NCBI GenBank assembly: GCA_002256025.1
Contig: NKIB01013935.1
Coordinates: 1-49,652 of the forward strand
Source: Asterionella formosa
Taxonomy: Eukaryota
DNA length: 49,652 nucleotides
Reading direction: 5' to 3'
Program-made: the position numbers and the translations under genes
In this document: one piece after another, positions 36,545 through 45,692 of the stretch
Layout of the letters: every line of letters begins with the position of its first letter
How positions within the stretch are numbered: the stretch's first letter is position 1
Notes under the pieces: generated by a model
Told to the model about the DNA's origin: nothing
Seen by the model: only the letters and a program-made list of their open reading frames with translations
Databases searched by the model: none

Positions 36545-37330
36545 AACTCTACTTGAATCGATTCATCATCAGTAGATGGTGATGGAGAAGTTGAAGCATC
36601 TACTTCAATGGAACTTCTAGACACGTCCTATATATCCTTTTTGGCCTTTTTGGTGCCAGTGTTCCCAATCGCAGCATTTATCTCCTCCATTGCTTCTTGT
36701 GCCTTCATGGCAAACCACTTTTTAGCTTCTTCTGACTCACTATTCATTGGAAAAATCTTGTATAGGAACTCATCACATTGAATTTTCACCTTTCTTTCAT
36801 TCATCATAACATGCTTCTGCTCAATGACAAGCTGAGCATTTGCAACATGCTTTCATTATTGGCGGCTTTGTCCCCATGGGACGCAGTTCATTCTTTAAAT
36901 CAGCAACCTTCAATTTTCGTTGGTCCCGAACATAATCGCAACCACCCTTCCACTTCGGGGCCTCCTTTAAAATACGCCAACACCCATCAAAAATAGACTC
37001 TTTACCCAAACTTTTCCCTTTACTTCCAATTTAAATATCTCCATACTAGCTTCTTCAATGTATTTATCCTCCGTCCATCCTGATTTTGGAACACTCGTCA
37101 CCTACGCAAAGAGGCCCCAGAACTTTGTGACATCTTGATTCATCGTTCCCCATCGAGCCATGCATGCTGTTGATGTCCGCTCCTTGCCATCCGGGATGAT
37201 GCCTACAAAGATCTCAAACAACCGGCCCCTAGCCTTGGTTATTGAGTCTTCACTGGCTGCAACCCAGGACCGAGCGAGCGCCTCGTCCTCTTCCATCTCC
37301 CACGGCGTAACACCTGAGCCCATCCTGATG
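36545..37330 (-). pseudogene. Harbinger-associated Myb/SANT-like (NAM-associated) protein, disrupted
   Basis: WEMEEDEALARSWVAASED...RWGTMNQDVTKF, SGWTEDKY and CWRILKEAPKW. Confidence 0.85.
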
Positions 37331-38059
37331 ATGCTGAGCGATGATGTTGAATAAATTATGCGTATTTCTAGTATGTGTTGACACCGAACTGACGCGCTGA
37401 TGGTTGTATTTGTCTACATGAAGAGCGATAGTACTGAAAATATATTTTATCTATGTGCACACTTATTAAACCATAAACGCTATGTTGCCGGCGCGAGCTA
37501 TGAACTAGACCAATAGAAATGCTTCTTTTGTTTGGCTATTATGGTCGGAGTCTAATTGACCAAATACCTGATATTTGGTAGATAAGAGGGTCAGGTACAT
37601 TACCATCCTTGCACATATTATGTATTTCTAAATGCACAATGGTTTTTTTGGAATTAGTTTTCCTTCAAGCGATGCGAATTTTCTAGTCGCATGAAGACGA
37701 ATAAACAGTGTATTGTTGAGTGTCTATCCTATGTATGTCTATATGAAATTGCATGATGACCTTTCAATATTCCATAGAAATATAAACCACGAAAATTTTT
37801 ATGTATTACCAGTACTTTAAATCCAGAACGAAGGATAGGTGGTTTTTTCACTTTGGCCAGGCAGATTACTATGTGAGAGCTCGACTAACACCAATTGACT
37901 ACTTTAATGTCAACCTACTAGGTGAATGAGTTCCATAAAATGATTAAATAATAAGCTTATGATTCAATAAATACGACTTTTTGTAGCTAGTTAGATACTT
38001 CACTTTGAATTCAAAAAGAGTCAAGTTAGAACTAAAACATGGCAATGTATTCAAGAGTT

Positions 38060-39240
38060 CCTGTTATTCCCTTGATTAAGGATTGCAATGTCTTCAACAT
38101 CCAAACTAAGCAATTTCGGGTTGCTTTGACTGGTGGAAGGTTTGGATACTATTGTTTATTTACAGGATAACAAGACATTGGACACAGCCGGCCTTGCTGT
38201 AGTAATACAGTATATATACAATTGCATAGATGGACAAGATGTTTTACATGCATATCAGGGTTCAATTCCGGTTTCTAGTTTTACATCTAAATATATATAT
38301 TAACATCAATCAATTTGAATCCGATGCAATCAATTTGAATCCGATGTCTATTTTAGCCTCACGATTGGTGGATGCTATTCCCATGTATTAAAAAACTATG
38401 AGCGTTGTTTGATAGTGGTGGACCCCTATCATTAATTCACAAACAGGGGAATGGCTTAGTGGTTAGCACACCCACTGTGGTGGCGGGTTCGATTCCTGCA
38501 TTCTCCACCTGTCTTTTTCATGTAGTCCCTAGGGTTCTGGGGGGTGCGGCTGACGAAAAGACAGGTCCCCGTTGTACTGTGCGGACGAATAAAACAGGTA
38601 CTGATTGTGTCCATCTATTTGGTGGGCCCGAGTGCAATTATTGGATAGCTTTAATGTACTATAAAATTTAATTGACATTTATCATTAATTCACAAACAGG
38701 TCATGCCTCATGGTATTTCACTGTCTAATGAAAATTCTCAATTAGTACATACTATATCAAGTACTCATTCATCTCACGCCAGTGTTGTTTTACATGATCT
38801 GATTCTTCCCGAATTTAATTGAACTGCTGGTATAATACTGCAAAAATGTCAAGTCTTTAATGGTTAATGCATTTTTGATGCCATTTTAGGCTGTCATTTT
38901 CTTCATCAAGTTGGGTTAACTTTTAATTTTATAAATAATACCATTTCTTCAGTATGGATATGATTGTGCCAATGCATGCATCCTCTCACATTTTTTAATG
39001 ATGGAGAACATTTACGTGATGTATTATTGTATTTTGATGCACCTACTACAGAATCATCACATGTCCTGGAAACCAAAGCTGCAGACTATAATTATGTGGA
39101 TGTATCAATGCAGTGCTGGCCAAACAAATTCATATAACAGTGGATCAATGGTTACAATTACAAACCATCTGCCTTGTCTAAATTTCAAATGCTCTTTGAT
39201 GGCAAATCAAAGTTTATCCTCATAAACAGGTCCATTTTGA
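38060..39240 (+). mobile_element. Degenerate Ty3/Gypsy remnant (protease region), copy 2, interrupted by the SINE
   Basis: Collinear with the reverse complement of about 12810-13700: LFDSGGPLSLIHKQ/VMPHGISLSNENSQL versus LFDSGGFLSLMNEWVMPQGIPLSNETSQL. Confidence 0.88.
38446..38679 (+). mobile_element. tRNA-Ala-derived SINE-like retroposon, 234 bp
   Basis: tRNA-like head 38446-38507 with A box TGGCTTAGTGG and B box GGTTCGATTCC. TSD TATCATTAATTCACAAACA(GG) at 38427 and 38680. The insert is absent from the paralogous Gypsy copy. Confidence 0.85.
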
Positions 39241-39324
39241 ATTAATGCCAGATGCTGTTCCCTCTCGTCAACGTGCGTATGAGGTACCTGGTACCAGGTA
39301 CCCCCTCGTATGAGCGTCGAGAAC

Positions 39325-39326
<2 letters not shown>

Positions 39327-39355
<29 letters not shown>
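39327..39355. repeat. (TA)n microsatellite
   Basis: Read directly; about 14 units. Confidence 0.95.
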
Positions 39356-39358
<3 letters not shown>

Positions 39359-39599
39359 TTGTATATAGAACAGGAGTCTTAATCATAGGCAAAGCGGCTA
39401 CAGCCGCATGTCCCGGTACATACCGGTACTACGGGGTAGCAGTAGCTGGTGCACTCCTTCCAGGGAAATGCCCCAAAGCATATCATGTAGCCTACCGGTA
39501 TAATCTCTATTATATACATGTAAAAATCAAGCAGCCAAAAGCAATGCATCCATTGAACATACCGGTAAACTATACAGCATCAGCAAACGGGATGAGACG

Positions 39600-41903
39600 A
39601 TGGCCGAGCCTCATGGGAACGATGGAGAGAGCTTTTTGCCTCAGTCGCCAGCCAGGATAACCGAGCGCAACGTATCTTTGCCAACAGCTAGCGGTAATAT
39701 GCCCATAGCAAGAGTGCGCCAGTGGACCACTAGTAGTTTGCCAACGACTAGCTTCGGTGCCGACCTGACCCAAGCCGCTGACGATGAATCGTTGTTTCAT
39801 GCAAGCTGGACTGGAAAGCAGGACTTTTCGGGAGGACCAGTCTTGTCCATAACTTCAAGAACCACTCCCAATTCTGGGGCTGCTGTAGTCGATGGCGACA
39901 ACGGACGATTTCACGCTCCAGATGATGCAAATGCGGTCACCTCAAGCATTCATCATGAAGCTCGCATTGAAAACTGGCAAGTCGTCTTGAGCCTTTGCAA
40001 TTCTCAACCACATCACGCACAGTATGCAGACCAAAATGGCTGGACTGCGTTACATCATGCCTGCAATCGGCGATGTCCGAGAAGCGATGTAGTCAAAGCC
40101 TTAATTATCGCTTATCCTGGTGCATTGCTAGATTTGGAAGAAAAGGGGATGACTCCTTTACACTACGCCTGTAGATTCAAAGCTCCAGTGAAAGCGGTCA
40201 GACATCTATTGCATTTATTTCCTGAAAAGGGCCATGCTGCTGTTTCCAGGCGAGATCGACAAGGAAGGACACCGCTGTTTTACGCAGTCAGATACGAGGC
40301 ACCACCAGGAGTGGTTGAACTGCTATTGGAAGTAGACCCAGGCGCCGTTTTGAATGAAGATCGAAATGCGGGCAGCCCTTTGGCTGTTATTTGGGATGAT
40401 TGGGCTGAAAAATTTGAAGGGAAAAGGACATTGCAACCCTACCTTCATCCTGACGAAGCAGGGTTGCAAGACTCCACACCAGCAGGGTTGCGTGCCAAGT
40501 TGGAAGCGGACTTGAAACTAAAGAAACGTTGGTCTAATGTTAATATGCTACTTCGTGCTGCGTTTAGATTTCCGATGGAAACGCCTTCCACCAAAAGTAT
40601 CGAGAATCGGCAATGGAGAGTCCTCCATGCCACAGCAGCTATAAAATGTCATCACACACTCTTCCTTTTGGCGAGGGCATTGTACCCTGAACAGGCGATG
40701 GAATTTGATGAGGGAGATTTGAGCGTCAATCATACAATACCACGATCTGCTTTGCATCTCGCGGCATCTTCGCCCGCAAATGGCGACTCTGGAAAGTCTG
40801 TCTTGGCGTCCCTAACGGAACTTAACCCCGAAGCTGCGTTCATGGTAGACGAAGAAGATGGAACTTTACCTTTTCACCTTATTGTTGATAACAAATGGAA
40901 GTCGCATTGGTCAATGGACGGTTTGAGGTCATTGCTTTCAAGCAACCCTCTAGCAGCTAGGGCAGTTGACAAACAGGGAAGAATGCCACTTCACAGAGCA
41001 GCGGCCGCTATCGCGAATCATGCTGGGACGGACTGGTCAGGTGCGACTTCGAGCCTGGATATCCAATCAACTATTTACAATTTGCTTCAAGTATATCGCG
41101 AAGCAGCGAGAGTGCCAGACATTACAGGGTGCTTGCCTCTACACTTGATAGCGTCCCAGGGGAGAATATGGGACGAGGAGGTTGATGCTGTGTATAATGC
41201 ACATGAAGCTGCCACTCGAACAAGGGCAGGACCACAGGCTGATTTTTGTTTACCATTGCATTTGGCGGCCAACAACAAAAGGGCAGAGTTGTCGCTCGTT
41301 GCAAAGTTGGTGGAACTTAACCCCAGAGCTGCTTCTCAAACAGAAGCGAATGGAAAGCTCCCCTTGCATCTTGCATGCGAAATTGGTAATACGTGGGATA
41401 AGGGTATTTCTAATATTTATGATGCTTTCCCTAACGCTGTGCGCGAACGTGAAGCAAACGGAAGAAGTTGGACAGCACTACAAATGGCTTCAGCTTCGCG
41501 CAACGAAACTGGTCCATTAATTGAAAAGCTTGTAGAACTCAATCAGGGAGCTGCGAATCAACAAGATACCAAGAAACGTTTTGCTCTTCATCTCGCTTGT
41601 GTTGCTGGCAAGGGATGGGAAACTGGCCTTCGCACTCTTTTTGAAGCCAATCCCGATGCACTTTTCATTGAGGATGAATGCGGCCTTCTTCCCTTCCACA
41701 TCGCAGCGTTTCGATACTGCAAACCTTCAGAGATAGAAATCGAGAGGGCGAATAACTTGAAAGGACCAGTCTTCAAATCGAGAGTGATTGTTCGCACCAA
41801 CATCGTCGAAATACCAAGTCCGCGATCATGTGAAAACGAAGCTGTCCAGATCGAAATAATGTTCGAGCTCCTCAGGGCTGCCCCCAACGTCCTTTTGATT
41901 TAA
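39600..41903 (+). CDS. Ankyrin-repeat protein, 767 aa
   Basis: Repeated GWTALHHAC, GMTPLHYAC, GRTPLFYAV, GRMPLHRAA, GCLPLHL and GKLPLHLAC motifs in a long intact ORF. Confidence 0.93.
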   Translation: MAEPHGNDGESFLPQSPARITERNVSLPTASGNMPIARVRQWTTSSLPTTSFGADLTQAADDESLFHASWTGKQDFSGGPVLSITSRTTPNSGAAVVDGDNGRFHAPDDANAVTSSIHHEARIENWQVVLSLCNSQPHHAQYADQNGWTALHHACNRRCPRSDVVKALIIAYPGALLDLEEKGMTPLHYACRFKAPVKAVRHLLHLFPEKGHAAVSRRDRQGRTPLFYAVRYEAPPGVVELLLEVDPGAVLNEDRNAGSPLAVIWDDWAEKFEGKRTLQPYLHPDEAGLQDSTPAGLRAKLEADLKLKKRWSNVNMLLRAAFRFPMETPSTKSIENRQWRVLHATAAIKCHHTLFLLARALYPEQAMEFDEGDLSVNHTIPRSALHLAASSPANGDSGKSVLASLTELNPEAAFMVDEEDGTLPFHLIVDNKWKSHWSMDGLRSLLSSNPLAARAVDKQGRMPLHRAAAAIANHAGTDWSGATSSLDIQSTIYNLLQVYREAARVPDITGCLPLHLIASQGRIWDEEVDAVYNAHEAATRTRAGPQADFCLPLHLAANNKRAELSLVAKLVELNPRAASQTEANGKLPLHLACEIGNTWDKGISNIYDAFPNAVREREANGRSWTALQMASASRNETGPLIEKLVELNQGAANQQDTKKRFALHLACVAGKGWETGLRTLFEANPDALFIEDECGLLPFHIAAFRYCKPSEIEIERANNLKGPVFKSRVIVRTNIVEIPSPRSCENEAVQIEIMFELLRAAPNVLLI

Positions 41904-42994
41904 TGAGCGGATTGAATGATGCCAAGTATGAATAGATCCAACAGGTAACATAATCAATGTACCGGTATACCGTTGATCCGGATCCGCTGATACATATTCA
42001 TACACCCGTATAATTATGTTGTACCCATACATAAGAACTGGTATATGATAGAGAGATGTCATTAGTACAACCACGAAGAAGGTCCTTACAATGTAGACGG
42101 TTTGTACTATGAGGAAAGTAAAGTAATAGCTAGTTGGTACAGGTAGCATTTCTCAACGAAAACAAGGTGAAGCAAGCACTCGGAGTGGTTGACTGACTAC
42201 CAGTACCAGGTACCTAGTACAGTGTAGGACGGGATTTGAATTTGACCGCCTGACGCACTTTCGAATTTATTCTGCACGGGCACTACTTTAACATATACTA
42301 GTACAACATAGCATATATATTACATAGACAATATGAATAGCACACATAAATAGTCTACTGAATATGTATGTATAGAAATTTTTGTCAGGACACATCTATA
42401 TGTTTAAGTCGAGCACTGCTTCCTTGTCTTTATGCCAAAACCAAGCATGTGAGGAGTTTTAGGTCGTGGAGGATGCGCCAACGACAGGAAACATTATCGC
42501 ACGCCGGCACCACTGAATGTGCTTGGCAATGCGTCCATGTCTAATTAACTGGTGTAGCTCCGGACCAGAAGTCAACGACCGGTTAACTGATGATTGCGTG
42601 TTTGCTCCCTGATGTTGTGGATAGTTGCGCTTAGTATTACAGCATCTTGATCTCGGATTGTTCCCACTGTTGTCCATTGCTTCTTCAGAAAAGTGGTAGC
42701 AATATCCCAACGCTCTCGACTTTCAATACGCGCTGTGCTTTTTTCAATAAATTCACGGTCGTATCTAATTGCTTTCGTTTCGAGAAGCTCAATCGTCCTT
42801 TCACCGATACAACATTCACTTTAGCAAAACCTGGTCCTCGTCAGGTCCAGCAATATAGACTTGACACGAACGAATTTTCAGACGGGATAACATTTCGTGG
42901 TCTCGACTGGCCTTGCTAGGTTCTCTCAGTGTTACCGGCAGACGCTTTCTTTGGGGATCTCGCTTATTCTTGTGGTGTTTCAGTAAGCACAGAT

Positions 42995-44092
42995 ATGGCA
43001 ACTGTCAATCTTCTTGATTTGGCAGCTTCAGCGCTAATTTCTACCGTTGGAGCATCGGCGCCCATTCGATCATATGCAACTCTAGATAGTTGCGACGCCG
43101 AGAAAAAGAATGCAAAATTGAAGACCGACGGTACAGTCGTGACGGATGCTGATTTTGCCGCACAAGGCATTATCGTGCGAGCTCTTCGCCAGACTCCTGG
43201 GAATTTTCGTATCATTGGAGAAGAAAGTCAAGAAGAAATGGAACGCCATATGAAGGAGGAATCTGCTGGTGAAGCCGAAGATCGAATGCACCTCTTTCGT
43301 TTAGCACAGTTGGAAATGTACAAACGTTTTCAACAGATTGAAATGGCGACTCCACCATTGTCAGCCAACGTCGACGGTATTCCAGATAATGAAGGCCTTC
43401 CTTCGATGGAGGATACATCTGACAAACCGGAATATATTGTTGACGCCTCGAGGGTCAGTGTTTATGTTGACCCTTTAGATGGCACCAAATCATATGCGAA
43501 AGGAGACTATGACTCTGTTACAATTTTGGTTGCAATAATTCTGGACAATGTCCCTTACTTTGGTGTCATTACAAAACCGTTTGGCTATAAGACTTATTCG
43601 ACAATTCTGGAAACACACTGCGTTGCAGTCTATGGTGGAGTTCTTTTGAACGGGGTGTACCTTGCCGGGGGTAAAAAATGTGAAGTCAATGCACTTGGTG
43701 ACGACCTTCCTCGCGCTGTCATCTCCAGCTCAAGGGCAGATGGGGTCGTTCGCGATTTCGTTGATCATTTGGCGGAGCATGAAGTCATTGATGCTCATCC
43801 ACTTCTTGTAAGTGGTGCCGGGGAAAAGTCCCTTCGTCTAGTGCTTGGAAACGAAAAAGAGACTCTTTGGTTCTTTCCTAGAGCGGGAACCTCTCGTTGG
43901 GACATCGCTGCTTCAGATGCACTATTGCGAGCGTTGGGAGGGGCCGTCACAGATAAATACGGGCACGAGCTCGACTACTCTAAATCGCGGGAGGATGCGG
44001 AGAATGTGGATGGTATTATTGCAAGCAATAGCTCCACATTGCATGCTGAATGCATTCGCTTGTTTAAGGAAGGGGACTGGAAAAATCGATAG
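42995..44092 (+). CDS. Inositol monophosphatase-family enzyme, likely 3'(2'),5'-bisphosphate nucleotidase
   Basis: KTDGTVVTDAD, IGEE, VYVDPLDGT and WDIAASDALLRALGGAVTD. First in-frame ATG is at 42995; an upstream exon cannot be excluded. Confidence 0.9.
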   Translation: MATVNLLDLAASALISTVGASAPIRSYATLDSCDAEKKNAKLKTDGTVVTDADFAAQGIIVRALRQTPGNFRIIGEESQEEMERHMKEESAGEAEDRMHLFRLAQLEMYKRFQQIEMATPPLSANVDGIPDNEGLPSMEDTSDKPEYIVDASRVSVYVDPLDGTKSYAKGDYDSVTILVAIILDNVPYFGVITKPFGYKTYSTILETHCVAVYGGVLLNGVYLAGGKKCEVNALGDDLPRAVISSSRADGVVRDFVDHLAEHEVIDAHPLLVSGAGEKSLRLVLGNEKETLWFFPRAGTSRWDIAASDALLRALGGAVTDKYGHELDYSKSREDAENVDGIIASNSSTLHAECIRLFKEGDWKNR

Positions 44093-44442
44093 GTCATGCA
44101 TTTTCTTGAAATTTACTCCGTACTATTATAGCTACTTACGGTATAATAGCTAGTAAGTACCGGTATGTTCGTTCAAAGACAGGGAATAAACCCTGCAGTG
44201 CGTTAGGGTTGGCGGGGCAGCGAACTAGAAGAATTCTTGGTTGATGGTTGGCAGGTTGATGGTTGCATCGATCATCAAACAAAGAGAGCAAGCCAAACCT
44301 CAAATGACAAAGAAAACCAATACTACGCACTTGCATGATACTACCTGGGGCCTCAAAAGAACAGAAGAATATACAAAAGACTATTACCAGATACCAGGAT
44401 TCTGATAGCTACAGTAAAGTGATTTGTGAAAGCTAAACGAAT

Positions 44443-45657
44443 ATGAAAATCGTCGATTTTAATTTTTCTTTTCGTCGCAAGCTCGGCTATCTTGCTTTAT
44501 TTTGCCCAGCAGTAGCAGCCGTCTCGTATTCAGAGATCAAGGTAAGGTCAAAAGAAGCTTCCAAGTTGCTGTAGTCAAGCTCTCTTTTGCCGTTGCCCTC
44601 AATGTCCGTATCCTTAATCTGAAGCATGTCTCTGGGCATCGAATCGAAGATGACTACACCCAACCTCTCCCAATTGACTACCTCCGTCCTGTAGACCTAC
44701 CATATAGCTTTTCCTGGGGAAATGTATCGGGGACTTCCTATTTGACGAAGTCTCTGAATCAACATTTGCCCCAGTGGTGTGGCTCTTGTTTCGCACATGG
44801 TGCTCTTTCCAGTTTGGCTGATCGAATCAAAATTGCTCGGAATGCAAAGGAGGATGATATCAACCTTGCTATACAGTTTATTCTCAACTGTGGAGGCGAC
44901 ATTGCAGGAAGCTGTCATGGTGGATCTCATACCGGTGTATATGAGTTTATCAAGATGACAGGCTTTGTGCCGTTTGACACATGCATGCCCTACCTGGCGT
45001 GCTCATCTGATTCTACTGTTGGGTTTTGTGCACATCTAGATACGAGTTGTTCGGCCATAAATATTTGCCGTACATGTAACACTTTTGTTGAACAATCTGG
45101 ATTTTGCGCTGAAATTGACGTATTTCCCAATGCAACAATTTCAGAATATGGAACAATCAAGATGGATCCAGAGGCTATTATGGCTGAGATCTACGCTAGA
45201 GGGCCGGTTGCAGCTGAAGTAGCAGGGGAACCTCTGCATAATTATACAGGTGGGATCTTTGCAGACGAAATGGCATCGAGAGAGACTACTCATGTGGTAT
45301 CAATCATTGGATGGGGAAATGATAACGGCGGGAAGCATTGGATTGTTCGGAATTCTTGGGTGAGTAACTATCGCCGTCTTCTCGTCTTTCCGCCTTCCCT
45401 TGTCTAACTTTCTGAGTAATCAGGGTGAATATTGGGGAGAACGGGGCTATTGCAAAATCAGGATGGGGAGCAACGTAATTGGAATCGAAAAAGTGGTGGC
45501 TTGGGCAACACCCGGATATTTTACAGATAGAAACTATCCTTGCTTCGAAGATGGTTCAAATTGTGGTCCGGTATGGCTTCAATACAAAGATCCATCAAAG
45601 ACCAGGCTTCCCTATGGTAAATTGCGGGCAATAAGCCTATCTAAGAACTTATTGTAA
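44443..45657 (+). CDS. CTSZ: Cathepsin Z/X-like papain-family (C1A) cysteine peptidase, 3 exons, about 355 aa
   Basis: Exons 44443-44541, 44625-45359 and 45424-45657 (first acceptor AAG, less certain). NQHLPQWCGSC with the cathepsin Z HxP insertion, HVVSIIGWG, and RNSW/GEYWGERG across intron 2. Confidence 0.88.
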
Positions 45658-45692
45658 GGGGTGCATTAAGGGATAATCACATTGTTATATTT

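Larger units (their letters stand above)
34745..37552. mobile_element. Degenerate PIF/Harbinger DNA transposon
   Basis: Convergent transposase and Myb/SANT-like genes. Tentative decayed TIRs TTA|GACCCACCAT and ATGGTCGGAGTC|TAA; boundaries are less certain than the class. Confidence 0.8.

Noticed and set aside
38446..38507. Functional tRNA-Ala gene
   Set aside because: Only 62 nt with no proper anticodon arm, and it lies inside a TSD-flanked insertion.
38550..38595. Hammerhead ribozyme (CTGACGA...GGACGAA)
   Set aside because: Stem II does not close next to CUGANGA, and the core reads GAAT rather than GAAA.
42459..42990. Separate small gene upstream of the nucleotidase
   Set aside because: Only short ORFs without recognisable motifs; may be UTR or promoter.
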